A stretch of DNA of 32,000 nucleotides from Sinorhizobium meliloti (GCF_017876815.1 NZ_JAGIOS010000002.1:1380001-1412000), one strand, 5' to 3'. Positions 16,238-25,797 are shown, numbered from the stretch's first letter. Program-made: numbers and translations. Notes: generated by a model not told the origin, from the letters alone.

Positions 16238-17746
16238 TCATGCCGAGCGTGAAAACCAGCCCTTTAGTGCCGCGGGCAGTGACGCGATAGGCACGAGTTC
16301 GGTGAGCACCCGAAGAGAGTAGACCCCGCTCAACGCGGTCATGAGGAGGCCGAATACAGTTGCCGGCCAGAGCGGCAAAAGGGCGAGGGCGCCAAAGACG
16401 AGCGCGGATGCGGGGAAAAAGATCAGTCCGAGCCTGCGATTTTGATCCGACCAGCGAAAGCCCGAGAGCCGCCGTACGATGATGTAGATCAGCAGGCTAT
16501 GCCAGATATAGAGCCCGAAGAAGGCAGCGCCGGCACCCACCGTCCCAAAGGCTTCGACCAGGAGCCAGGCGAGCCCGATATGTGCCGTGGTCGCCGCAAC
16601 CTCTGCCCAGAAGAAGGCGGCCTTTGCGCCCTTGGCGAGCACGATGAAGCCCATCGGCCATGAGATGATCCGTAGCATCATTCCGAGGCAGATCCAGCGG
16701 ACGAGGTCCACCGCGTCATAGAACTCGGGCGAATAGAGGACCCTTACGACCAAGGGAGCGGCGGTCAGCGTCGCGATCAAGCCCGGACCAGCAAGGAGGA
16801 TACTGATTTCCGCCTGTTCGTTGACAAGCCGATTGCACTCGGCGTTATTCTTGGCGATCGCCGTCAAGCGTGGGTAGAAATCGGTTCCCATTGCCTGCAG
16901 GATGAAACCGGCATAGAGGCCGCCAAGCGTCCACGCGGCCTGGTAGAGACCCGCAGCGGCAATACCTTCTGCTTTGAGGACGATGATGCGGACCGCATAC
17001 GCCGCGCCGAGCGTCAGGAACCCGCTGATCATGAAGATGGCGCCCAGCTTTAGGAGAGCAGAGACTTCCCGCCGAACGTTTAGCGTTGATATTGCGCTGA
17101 CGCTTATGCGTATCTTCCTGCCGTACCACCAACTGGTCGCGAGTGCTGCCGCGGCGACGGCGACAAGAGAAACGACGATCCCGGACGTGCCAAGGACGTA
17201 TATCAGCGGAATGCTGATCACCGTGCTGAAGAAGGCGCCAAAAACATTGATGCGGGCGAGGCTCACGATGTCTCGCATGCCCTGAATCAATGCGATTTGG
17301 CCGTCAGCCAGCAGCCGAAAGAGGATGGACGCCGAGAGCAGGACGATGCCGGCGGCGTAGCTGTGGTCGCCGAAGGTGAAGTTCGCAACCGGAAGGGCGA
17401 GCGCTGCGAGAAGCAGCGCACCCAGCAAACCCAACACGACTGACGTCCGTCGAAGAACGGTCGCCGTGCGGGCAACTCTCTCGGCGTCACCGCTGCCGAC
17501 TGCTTCAGCGATCTGGCGCACGCCACTCGCCTGTATCCCAAGGCCGGCGATCGCATAGGCGATATCGGCGATCGAGCTGTAAAGGCCCATTAGCCCGACA
17601 CCCGCCGGGCCGAGGAGTATCGCTATCGCCTTGTTGCGAATGATGGCAAACAGCACCGTTATCACAGACGAGCCGCCGATCAGCGCCGTGGCCTTGAGGA
17701 TCTGGGTGTAACTTCGTTCACCCTCGGAGTTTGCGCGCGGTTTCAT
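16238..17746 (-). CDS. wzx: Polysaccharide flippase, Wzx-type (MOP/PST family)
   Basis: About 500 aa and very hydrophobic, with multiple TM segments. The typical N-terminus is ILKATALIGGSSVITVLFAIIRNKAIAILLGPAGVGLMGLY. The track ORF extends to 17950, but that extension overlaps rfbD and is Pro/Ser/Ala-rich. ATG 17746 is taken as the start, which overlaps the rfbD 3' end by 29 nt. Confidence 0.8.
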   Translation of the reverse strand: MKPRANSEGERSYTQILKATALIGGSSVITVLFAIIRNKAIAILLGPAGVGLMGLYSSIADIAYAIAGLGIQASGVRQIAEAVGSGDAERVARTATVLRRTSVVLGLLGALLLAALALPVANFTFGDHSYAAGIVLLSASILFRLLADGQIALIQGMRDIVSLARINVFGAFFSTVISIPLIYVLGTSGIVVSLVAVAAAALATSWWYGRKIRISVSAISTLNVRREVSALLKLGAIFMISGFLTLGAAYAVRIIVLKAEGIAAAGLYQAAWTLGGLYAGFILQAMGTDFYPRLTAIAKNNAECNRLVNEQAEISILLAGPGLIATLTAAPLVVRVLYSPEFYDAVDLVRWICLGMMLRIISWPMGFIVLAKGAKAAFFWAEVAATTAHIGLAWLLVEAFGTVGAGAAFFGLYIWHSLLIYIIVRRLSGFRWSDQNRRLGLIFFPASALVFGALALLPLWPATVFGLLMTALSGVYSLRVLTELVPIASLPAALKGWFSRSA

Positions 17747-18647
17747 AGACCTCACTCGCGTCCACTGCTGCGCGGCCGGGCGCGAGGATGCGCGCGACGA
17801 CCGTTTCGGTGCTTGTTTGCCAGTCAGGCAGACGCCAGCCGAATGTGCCGGCGAACTTGTTGGTGCAAAGGCGCGAGTCCCGGGGGCGCCGGGCTTTCGT
17901 TGGGTAATCGGCGGTGGCGATATCGTCCACAATAGCGGAAGGTCCGCCATGGTGCCGGCTTACGGCCAGGACGTGGCGTGCGAAGCCGGACCAGTTACTC
18001 TCGCCCGTTCCCGTGAGATGGTAGGTGCCGAAGCGATCCTGCCTCGGCTGCGTCGCGATCAGGAGGATCGCAGCTGCAACATCCAGCGCCGACGTCGGGT
18101 TACCGTACTGGTCCGAAACGACCGACAGCCGTTCCTGCGCTGAGGCGAGCCTCAGCATCGTCTTCACGAAGTTGGTGCCAAAGGGGCTGTAGACCCAGCT
18201 TGTCCGCAAGATGATGTGACGCGCTGTAATGCTTGCAACCGCTTCTTCCCCTGCGAGCTTGGTGGCGCCGTAGACGGTGCGCGGCCCCGTTTCGTCGTCT
18301 TCCCGGCGTGGTGTGCGGTCGTCACCGGAAAAGACGTAGTCGCTCGACAGATGGATGACCGGTATATCGAGCGATGCCGCGGCTTCCGCGACACAGGCGG
18401 CCCCCGTGACATTGACGGCACGCGCCAATGCTGGCTCGTCTTCGGCGCGATCGACCGAGGTATAGGCGGCCGCAGAGATGACGATGTCGGGTCTTGCTGC
18501 AATGATGGCTTCCCGCATTGGTATCGGTCTCGTGAGATCGAATTCGGGGCGGCCGATGGCAAACAACTCAACGTCGCGTGATCCCGCCGCGACCTCCCTC
18601 AGGCTGGTGACGAGTTGGCCGGTCGTGCCCGTGGCGAGCACTCTCAT
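17718..18647 (-). CDS. rfbD: dTDP-4-dehydrorhamnose reductase
   Basis: Starts [16 protein letters not shown], followed by the SDR-like fold and STDYVF-like SSDYVF. ATGA overlaps the rfbB stop (start 18647). It is the last gene of an rfbACBD run. Confidence 0.9.
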   Translation of the reverse strand: MRVLATGTTGQLVTSLREVAAGSRDVELFAIGRPEFDLTRPIPMREAIIAARPDIVISAAAYTSVDRAEDEPALARAVNVTGAACVAEAAASLDIPVIHLSSDYVFSGDDRTPRREDDETGPRTVYGATKLAGEEAVASITARHIILRTSWVYSPFGTNFVKTMLRLASAQERLSVVSDQYGNPTSALDVAAAILLIATQPRQDRFGTYHLTGTGESNWSGFARHVLAVSRHHGGPSAIVDDIATADYPTKARRPRDSRLCTNKFAGTFGWRLPDWQTSTETVVARILAPGRAAVDASEVYETARKLRG

Positions 18648-19711
18648 CGCCCGGCCACCGCTCTGCCGAGCCGCTCGCCGCGATAGTTCCGTTCGCGGAT
18701 CGGCCGCCACCACCAGCTATTGGCCAGATACCAGTCGATCGTTCGCGACAATCCCGTCTCGAAGCTTTCCAACGGTTTCCAGCCAAGTTCGCGTTCGATC
18801 TTGGAGGTATCCATGGCATAGCGTTGGTCGTGGCCCGGTCGATCGTCGACAAACGCGACAAGGTCGCGATAGCTTCGGCAGCTTCGCTGCGGCTGCTTTT
18901 GATCGAGAATATCGCAGATCGTCTGGACGACCGCGAGGTTGGAGCGCTCGGAGCCTCCACCGATATTGTAGCTCTCGCCGGTTACGCCGTTCGTCGCGAC
19001 CAGATCCAGAGCGCGTGCGTGGTCGTCAACATAAAGCCAGTCGCGAATATTGGTGCCGTTGCCGTAGACCGGCAGCGGCCTTTCCTCCAGGGCATTCAGA
19101 ATGATCAAAGGCACCAGCTTTTCCGGAAAGTGAAACGGGCCATAGTTATTGGAACAATTGGTAATGACGACGGGCAGGCCAAAGGTGTGATGCCAGGCGC
19201 GAACAAGGTGATCAGATGCAGCCTTTGAGGCGGAATAGGGCGAGGATGGAGCATAGGGCGTCTCCTCGCGGAAACTGTTGTCATCAAGGGAAAGATCGCC
19301 GAACACTTCGTCAGTTGAAACATGGTGGAAGCGGAACCGTTCGGCTGCCGTTGCCGGTAGGCTGCGCCAATATTTCGTTGCCGCCTGGAGCAGCCTGAAC
19401 GTGCCAACGATGTTTGTCTCGATGAACGTGCCAGGTCCGTCAATCGACCGGTCCACATGTGTTTCCGCGGCAAGATGCATAATGCGGTCGATACGCTCCG
19501 CAGCAAGGACATCGGCCGCAGCTGCCTCGTCGCAAATGTCGCCCCGGACGAACCGGTAGTTCGGCAAGGCCTCGATTTGCCTGAGCGATGCCGGATTGCC
19601 GGCATAGGTGAGCTTGTCGAGGTTGATGACACGATTGCCTGGATCGGCCACAAGGTATCGGCAGAGCGCGGAGCCAATGAAACCGGCGCCGCCGGTGACG
19701 AGGATGTTCAT
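18644..19711 (-). CDS. rfbB: dTDP-glucose 4,6-dehydratase
   Basis: Contains [58 protein letters not shown] and [14 protein letters not shown]. Confidence 0.95.
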   Translation of the reverse strand: MNILVTGGAGFIGSALCRYLVADPGNRVINLDKLTYAGNPASLRQIEALPNYRFVRGDICDEAAAADVLAAERIDRIMHLAAETHVDRSIDGPGTFIETNIVGTFRLLQAATKYWRSLPATAAERFRFHHVSTDEVFGDLSLDDNSFREETPYAPSSPYSASKAASDHLVRAWHHTFGLPVVITNCSNNYGPFHFPEKLVPLIILNALEERPLPVYGNGTNIRDWLYVDDHARALDLVATNGVTGESYNIGGGSERSNLAVVQTICDILDQKQPQRSCRSYRDLVAFVDDRPGHDQRYAMDTSKIERELGWKPLESFETGLSRTIDWYLANSWWWRPIRERNYRGERLGRAVAGR

Positions 19712-20292
19712 AGCCGGGCCCCCTCCACCGGGAAGTTGAACAGTTCGGCTTGCCCCAGCGGCGGAGCCGCCGCGTCCTTGCCAGACAGCTGGAATTCGGC
19801 AACTGGCAGTGGCCAGGCGATTGCGATCTCGGGATCGTCAAAACGGATCGATCTATCGTAAGCTGGTGAATATGGGTTGGTGACCTTGTAGATCACCTCC
19901 GTGTTCGGTTCGAGCGTCAGGAAGCCGTGCGAAAAACCCTTTGGGATCAGGATTTGGTTCCACTTGCGAGCGGAAACCTCGGCCGCGACCCATTGCGCGA
20001 AGGTTGGCGAGCCACGGCGTATGTCCACTGCGACGTCGAAGATGGCGCCTCTTATCACCCTGACCAGCTTGTCCTGCGCGTAGGGTGAGAGTTGGTGGTG
20101 AAGTCCGCGCAGGACGCCTTTCGCGGCCGAGAAGGAATGATTGTCCTGAACGAAGTGCAACGCGATCCCGGCTTCGGCTAATTTGCGCTCGTTCCAAGTT
20201 TCAGAGAAGAAGCCACGTTCGTCCTCGATCCTGCCCGGCAGGATCTCCAGGACCCCGTCGAGGCCAAGCGATCTGATGACGACGAGGCTCAT
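19708..20292 (-). CDS. rfbC: dTDP-4-dehydrorhamnose 3,5-epimerase
   Basis: Contains [64 protein letters not shown] and [13 protein letters not shown] overlaps occur at both ends. Confidence 0.95.
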   Translation of the reverse strand: MSLVVIRSLGLDGVLEILPGRIEDERGFFSETWNERKLAEAGIALHFVQDNHSFSAAKGVLRGLHHQLSPYAQDKLVRVIRGAIFDVAVDIRRGSPTFAQWVAAEVSARKWNQILIPKGFSHGFLTLEPNTEVIYKVTNPYSPAYDRSIRFDDPEIAIAWPLPVAEFQLSGKDAAAPPLGQAELFNFPVEGARL

Positions 20293-21167
20293 CCGGCATG
20301 TTCCTCTACCAGCCGGCGGAGGTAGGAGGCGTAGGCCGTCCTGCCGAGCACGCCGGCCCGTCGCAACACGTCTTCGGGGCCAAGCCAGCCCATATCGAGC
20401 GCGATTTCTTCTGGGCAGGCTATCTGGACACCCTGACGGCGTTCGACGGTTCGCACGAAAGAGGAGGCGTCATGCAGACTGTCATAGGTGCCTGTATCGA
20501 GCCACGCATAGCCTCGTCCGAGCTGGCAGACATGCAGCCGATCCTGCTCCAGATAGAAGTTGTTGACCGTGGTGATCTCGAGTTCACCTCGCGCGGAAGG
20601 TCCGACCGACGCAGCGATGTCGACCACATCCTTGTCGTAAAAATAGAGGCCCGTGACCGCCCAGTTGGATTTTGGCCGCGCCGGCTTTTCCTCGATGGTC
20701 ACTGCCTTGCCCGTCCGCTGGTCGAAGGTGACGACGCCGTAGCGCTCCGGATCGTCGACGCGATAGGCAAAAACGGAGGCGCCAGTCTCTCGGGAAGCCG
20801 CCTGCCTGCAGACGTTCGGCAGACCGTTGCCGAAAAAGATGTTGTCGCCGAGTATCATTGCGACATTGCCGCTACCGATGAAATCGCGGCCAATGATGAA
20901 AGCCTCGGCAAGCCCATTGGGGTGCGGCTGTGCGGCATAGGAAAGGCTAAGCCCGAAGACGGAGCCGTCGCCAAGAAGGGCCTCGAAGCAAGGCAGGTCC
21001 CGCGGGGTGGATATAATGAGAATGTCCCGGATACCCGTCAGCATCAACACGCTCAATGGATAATAGACCATCGGCTTGTCATAGATCGGCAGAATCTGCT
21101 TCGAGACCGCGATTGTTAGCGGGTAAAGCCGCGTGCCACTTCCGCCCGCCAATATTATGCCCTTCAT
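20289..21167 (-). CDS. rfbA: Glucose-1-phosphate thymidylyltransferase
   Basis: Contains [51 protein letters not shown] and [16 protein letters not shown] lies 5 nt upstream of the ATG. Confidence 0.95.
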   Translation of the reverse strand: MKGIILAGGSGTRLYPLTIAVSKQILPIYDKPMVYYPLSVLMLTGIRDILIISTPRDLPCFEALLGDGSVFGLSLSYAAQPHPNGLAEAFIIGRDFIGSGNVAMILGDNIFFGNGLPNVCRQAASRETGASVFAYRVDDPERYGVVTFDQRTGKAVTIEEKPARPKSNWAVTGLYFYDKDVVDIAASVGPSARGELEITTVNNFYLEQDRLHVCQLGRGYAWLDTGTYDSLHDASSFVRTVERRQGVQIACPEEIALDMGWLGPEDVLRRAGVLGRTAYASYLRRLVEEHAG

Positions 21168-21254
21168 CCACGCCTCCCCCTGTCGCTGTCCTATCGCCGG
21201 CCTGTCGTGGGCGTTGTATGGCGCGCGAAATCACGTATGCGCTGGCGAGGTTAT

Positions 21255-22568
21255 TCATTGACTGGCCCGCTCTAGCTCTGGCACGGTCGGACCTACACTT
21301 TCCAGATGCGCCGACGGTTCGACGGCGCGCTGCTGAACCTGCCGCACGACACTGACAACGTCGCCGGGCATCAAGTCCGTTGCTTCGGACGCTGGAAATT
21401 CGGTGGCCTTGCCGTTCACCCGTCTCGTGATGGAATAGGTGGGGGAGGGGCCTTCGGCTGTAGGACCTCCGATGGTTCTAGTCTCGAGAGCCTCGAGCAG
21501 CAGCCTTTCCGTGGTTTCTCGCTTTAGCTTCAACTGGTCCACCTTTTCCTGCTCTGATTGAAGCGCGGCTGCTACTTCCGACTTATGCCTATCATTGAGA
21601 CCCTCGAGATTGCGCGTGGCCTCACTGATATTCTGGCGCGCTCTCATAATGGCGGTGACCAGATCGAGGCGATCGGCGCGGTAGCCTGCAAGTGCCCGCT
21701 CCAGCTCCGATTGACGCGACGCCACGGCCACGCCCTTTTCGACCAGGCTTTTGACGCCTCCCAGTTCCTTTTCGGCTGCTTTGATGCTTGCTTCGGCGCC
21801 TTTCATCTTTACGCCGAGCACGTCGATTTCTTGGTTGTAGAGATCGCGCAGTTCAGAGAGGGACTTCGACTGCCGCTCCAGCGCCTTCAGTCGCGCCGCA
21901 AAGATGACAGTCTCTTGCTCGCGTGCCACGGCGCCAAGTGCTCCATCAATGGCCAAAGAGTCAGAGAAGCTGATCTCTGTGGCACCCGACAGCTCGGCCT
22001 TGAGGCGCGATATCCGGGCATTGCTCCGCAAAAGGGAGTCGCGGATGGTTCGTAGTCCACCCGTCAGAGTTATTTCGGCTTCCGATGATTGTTTGTCGGC
22101 GTCGCGGAAATAGCCGCCGCTCTTCGCCAGTGACTGCAGAACCGTAAGCCCAGGGCGAAACTTGTACTCTCCCGGCGCCGCAACGTCTCCTACGACATAT
22201 ACCGGTGGGTATTCGAGGACCTCGACAACTGCTTCCGGCGCTTCAACGAGCCCGATCTTGGCCTGTAGGCGTCGTGAGATTTCGACAGCAAGTTGTCCTC
22301 TGTCGAGATTGTGCACAGCAAAGGTACCAATGACGGGCAGCGAAATATCACCGGCCTCAGACACGACGTACTCGCCGCCGAGGGCCCATTGCGAATATTC
22401 GCCTCTCGTGGGCATCCACTGTACAATCTTCAGGCGAATTTTGGTTTGAGGAGCAATCTCTGGGGCGCCGGCCACCGCCGGCGTCAACGCGCCGCTGACA
22501 AGGGCGAGTGCAGCCGCAAGGAAAACACTTCGAAGGGAGCTACGGTTAGCACGGTGGGATACGTTCAT
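21255..22568 (-). CDS. Periplasmic polysaccharide export protein, ExoF-like (Poly_export/SLBB N-terminal part plus a long coiled-coil)
   Basis: The signal peptide is MNVSHRANRSSLRSVFLAAALALVSGALTPAVAG. Poly_export-like sequence reads GEYVVSEAGDISLPVIGTFAVHNLDRGQLAVEISRRL, and SLBB-like sequence reads VYVVGDVAAPGEYKFRPGLTVLQSLAKSGG. About 200 aa of heptad-rich sequence follow. The C-terminus has DLMPGDVVSV. Start ATG 22568 lies 5 nt after GGAG; the track start at 22601 is unsupported by an SD. Confidence 0.8.
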   Translation of the reverse strand: MNVSHRANRSSLRSVFLAAALALVSGALTPAVAGAPEIAPQTKIRLKIVQWMPTRGEYSQWALGGEYVVSEAGDISLPVIGTFAVHNLDRGQLAVEISRRLQAKIGLVEAPEAVVEVLEYPPVYVVGDVAAPGEYKFRPGLTVLQSLAKSGGYFRDADKQSSEAEITLTGGLRTIRDSLLRSNARISRLKAELSGATEISFSDSLAIDGALGAVAREQETVIFAARLKALERQSKSLSELRDLYNQEIDVLGVKMKGAEASIKAAEKELGGVKSLVEKGVAVASRQSELERALAGYRADRLDLVTAIMRARQNISEATRNLEGLNDRHKSEVAAALQSEQEKVDQLKLKRETTERLLLEALETRTIGGPTAEGPSPTYSITRRVNGKATEFPASEATDLMPGDVVSVVRQVQQRAVEPSAHLESVGPTVPELERASQ

Positions 22569-22736
22569 TATTTCTCCAACCAGCATAGTCATTCGCCGCA
22601 CACCCGAAGGGAGAGGGGCGCGTCTCGATCGACAAGATCGTCCGCAATCGCAATATGCGTAGGTCCGCGATAGGTTTATGGCTACTTCAAGTGTGAAGGT
22701 TTTGAATAAATTGGAAAGTGGATCGAAGACGGTATC

Positions 22737-22758
22737 GCTTCATCAATATTGATGAAGC
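22737..22758. promoter_or_regulatory. Perfect 22-bp palindrome GCTTCATCAATATTGATGAAGC (candidate operator)
   Basis: The left half, GCTTCATCAAT, is the exact reverse complement of the right half, ATTGATGAAGC. It sits in an AT-rich patch of the 490-bp divergent intergenic region between the exoF-like/rfb/wzx operon start (22568) and the first LuxR-type gene (23058). Confidence 0.5.
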
Positions 22759-23057
22759 AAGGGGACGGCAGGTCCATTCGAAATCAAGCGGTATATCGAT
22801 CGCTCGACTTGACCAACATAAGAACGAGCCCGGCGTCGCAAAGCCGAGCGAGTGTTCGGCCAGTCTCATTCGATCGAGGATGATAGCCGTGTTTATCTAG
22901 TTCGATCGGATGAGGTGGGGCGAACATACTCCGTCGATGCCTGCCCTTCTATGTATACCTCAATCCTTTTGCGCCGTCGTCATCACGCATGGCGAAGGCT
23001 AGAGTCGTCAGCTGTGATCCATAAAGCCGGTCCGTTGTTTGGAGCTCCGGGGAAGGG

Positions 23058-23801
23058 ATGTGCTTGATGAGCAGGCGTGACTATGACAATGCGACGGTCG
23101 GGAGAGTCGCAGCCGCAAAAAATGAGCGGAGGCCCCGACGCGTCATTCTCATCATAAGCAAAACCGGCATAATTTCAGAGAGATTGATCAGTGCTCTCGA
23201 GCGGGAATTCTCTTGGGTGCTTGTCGAAGAGGTTGAGCAGGTTGCCGCGGCGTGCAATGTCTTTGCCCATCCTGTATCGCTCATCCTTGTCGACCCTGGG
23301 ATGATCGACGAAGCCGATGAAAGATACATCGAACTGCTGCGTTTGCACCCAGACGCGCTTGCGGCGGCGATCGAGCCTAATGACGAGAACCTAACTGCAT
23401 CGTTCCTCAAGCTCACCCGTTCGCCGTTGGTACACAGTGTCCTCCCGATGAATCTAAGGCTCGATACATGGTTGTCCGTCATCGGGTTGATGCTTTGCGG
23501 CGGCGACTATCTTCCGCCTGCGCTAATTCTTGACGCAAGAAGGAACGGTCATGCTCCCGGCGGCGGCGCCAAACTGCCTGGCGCACCGATCAACGGGACG
23601 GGTGTCTCGGAGCTGACGGCTCGGGAGCTGCAGATTCTCGAGATGGTTTCCCGCGGTCTGCAAAACAAGCTGATTGCCGCCGAATTCCGTTTATCCGAGC
23701 ACACAGTAAAGATTCATCTGCACAACATTATAACGAAGCTCGGCGCCCACAACAGAACGGAGGCAGTCGCAAGATTTCGCAGCTTGCAAGAACGCCTTTG
23801 A
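23058..23801 (+). CDS. LuxR/FixJ-type HTH regulator with an unorthodox receiver-like N-terminal domain (paralog 1)
   Basis: The C-terminal LuxR HTH is LTARELQILEMVSRGLQNKLIAAEFRLSEHTVKIHLHNIITKLGAHNRTEAV. The receiver-like domain has VILIISK (acidic pair absent) and LILVDPGM (Asp retained). An alternative start is ATG 23067. Confidence 0.85.
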   Translation: MCLMSRRDYDNATVGRVAAAKNERRPRRVILIISKTGIISERLISALEREFSWVLVEEVEQVAAACNVFAHPVSLILVDPGMIDEADERYIELLRLHPDALAAAIEPNDENLTASFLKLTRSPLVHSVLPMNLRLDTWLSVIGLMLCGGDYLPPALILDARRNGHAPGGGAKLPGAPINGTGVSELTARELQILEMVSRGLQNKLIAAEFRLSEHTVKIHLHNIITKLGAHNRTEAVARFRSLQERL

Positions 23802-24573
23802 TCACAGGCGGTCTACGTCACGCCGGCAGGCCCTGGTGATTTACACCACCAAATGGCGCGCGTTTACATGGAGCCTTACGACACGACGCGCTCATTCGTC
23901 GTTGCTAGGGGGAAAGCAGCCCTGCAGGCGACAGGGCTCGGCGCCGCTGTTGGTCATGTCCTTTGGCCGGTCGCGTCTCAGGCCTTCGCCGCGAGCTGAC
24001 ATCGATCGAGGGAGCGGCTCATGACGGGGGTTTCACCGCCCCCGCGTCGAGCGCCGACAGATCGACGGTAGGAGCACTCCTGGTGGCGGGAATAATGCTT
24101 AGAACGCTGACGGGGGCCGTCTCCAGTACCGTCCTGTGGGCGCGGCGACATCATCCGCCGACACCTATGCCACTCCCGATGAGTTCGCCCGGCTCGATAT
24201 CGGCTAGACCGCTCTCAAGCTCATCTGCTTTCTGGCGCGAGCGAAACAGGTTTGAGGCACGTCCGACACCTTGGCGTTCGTTGCCGTCATCCTACATAAG
24301 GTGAATGGCCCGACAAATCGGCTACCTCAAAGGTAGTGGCACTCTCTCATTTCGCTAATTGCAAAGTGCTGGCGGTATCACGTAATCCGAAGGATGACAT
24401 GAGCGAACGTCCGGTGCTTATCGGCCGGCCGCAGTCTAGAAACTATTGTATACTGCTTAATTTTAAGTCGTAAACTCACGGGAACTTTCTTTAAAGAAGA
24501 GTTTTTGTTTAATACAGCTTCGGCGGGATCGTTCCCATCCTCCCTCAACTCTTAAGGAGTTGTCTGAGTAGCC

Positions 24574-25371
24574 ATGACGAAAGGGAGTTCGGCAATGGCT
24601 TCTTTTACACCGAAATTGGAGAACGAGCTGCCATTCGCGCAGGACCAGCACCGCGTAACCAACCCGTTACAGTCAGGCAAGGAAGCGGAACAGCAGCCAC
24701 TTGCAAAGAAGGACAAACGGTGTCTGCTCATCTTTGATGACAGGGCGCTAGGCCGCGAATGTCTGGCGAGGACTCTGGTCGATCACGGCCTCAGGATGGA
24801 AGTCGCTGCTTTCGGCTCGTTCGACGAATGGCAGGAGACAAAGGGCAGCTATCCCGACGTCGGAGCCGTCCTCGTCAATATCGGCGCGCGCAAAGTAGGG
24901 GATGTGACGGCAGACATTTCCAAGCTCGCCTCTCAGTTTAACCCCGCCCCCGTTGTCGTCCTCTCGGACAGCGATGACATCGCCCAGATCCTGCAGGTCC
25001 TCGAAAGCGGGGCACAGGGATATATTCCCGCATCTGTCGGCGTGGATGTGTGCATCGAAGCGATCGCCTTGGCGATGGCAGGCGGCGTCTTTGTGCCGGG
25101 AAGCAGTCTTCTGGCGGCGCGCCACCTGATCGAGGCAGAGAAGCGGGAGACTTCGCCGCTGGCGGGAATGTTCACACTCCGTCAAGCGGAGGTGGTCGAG
25201 GCGTTACGAAGAGGCAAGGCAAACAAGATCATCGGCTATGAACTCAATCTCCGCGAGAGCACGGTCAAGGTTCATGTTCGCAACATCATGAAGAAAATGA
25301 AGGCCACGAACCGGACGGAGGTCGCTTGCAAACTCAATGAGCTGTTTTCAGGCGATGCACGTGGCTCCTGA
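24574..25371 (+). CDS. LuxR/FixJ-type HTH regulator with a pseudo-receiver domain (paralog 2)
   Basis: The HTH is FTLRQAEVVEALRRGKANKIIGYELNLRESTVKVHVRNIMKKMKATNRTEV. The receiver-like domain has LLIFDD and then AVLVNIG, with Asn where the phospho-acceptor Asp is expected. An alternative start is ATG 24595, 7 nt after AAGGGAG. Confidence 0.85.
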   Translation: MTKGSSAMASFTPKLENELPFAQDQHRVTNPLQSGKEAEQQPLAKKDKRCLLIFDDRALGRECLARTLVDHGLRMEVAAFGSFDEWQETKGSYPDVGAVLVNIGARKVGDVTADISKLASQFNPAPVVVLSDSDDIAQILQVLESGAQGYIPASVGVDVCIEAIALAMAGGVFVPGSSLLAARHLIEAEKRETSPLAGMFTLRQAEVVEALRRGKANKIIGYELNLRESTVKVHVRNIMKKMKATNRTEVACKLNELFSGDARGS

Positions 25372-25402
25372 GGCCGGACTGCCGTGGCTCCTGAGGCCGG
25401 AC
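25361..25402 (+). repeat. 19-bp direct repeat GTGGCTCCTGAGGCCGGAC, two copies separated by 4 bp, duplicating the stop codon of paralog 2
   Basis: Copies at 25361-25379 and 25384-25402 are identical. The TGA stop (25369-25371) lies inside copy 1 and recurs in copy 2. Confidence 0.9.
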
Positions 25403-25797
25403 GGCTCCGCCACTTTTTCAGCCGAGTCGGAGCGGGAAATCAGCCGAATCCAGACATTAACGAAGATCAGCGCCCTTGTCTTGGAGGGAACGATGAGTAT
25501 ACCGAGTTAGCTCAAACGGCTTATATCGCCAAAAGTGTAATGTAATAATCGAGTTTAATCATAATGTTTAAATAGTTTCATCTAGATCGGTTCTATGATA
25601 TCCTTCATTCTTAGAATCTCCTGACAGGGACATTAATTGGCGGCCGCTTAGCGCCCTCTTTATTTCTTCTAGTTGCAGGCGACCCGTTGCGGTCGCCTCA
25701 AAAATGCATTTGTGAAACGGTGAGGTGAACCTTCGTTCAGCCGCCCCTCTCGTTTTTATTTGCGCCCGAGTAGTGGCGTGGCGGGGAGATTTCAACC

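Noticed and set aside
17747-17950. 68-codon N-terminal extension of the Wzx ORF given in the track (start at 17950)
   Set aside because: The extension overlaps the 3' part of rfbD and is Pro/Ser/Ala/Arg-rich with no hydrophobic character. The flippase-like sequence begins right after the internal Met at 17746.
23836-24304. ORFs of 62 and 113 aa in the long gap between LuxR paralogs 1 and 2, plus short GC hairpins (AGCCCTG/CAGGGCT at 23917-23937; CGGGGG/CCCCCG at about 24023-24044)
   Set aside because: The ORFs lack motifs and ribosome-binding sites. The hairpins are short and are not followed by T-runs, so neither a gene nor a terminator or sRNA can be supported from sequence alone.
24546-24562. 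Small hairpin CAACTC-TTAAG-GAGTTG covering the AAGGAG upstream of LuxR paralog 2, and 8-bp stem AGGCGACC/GGTCGCCT at 25677-25698 upstream of paralog 3
   Set aside because: These could be leader structures that occlude an SD. However, the stems are short, are not conserved between the two paralog leaders, and alternative starts exist (24595). The evidence is not enough to call a regulatory RNA element.
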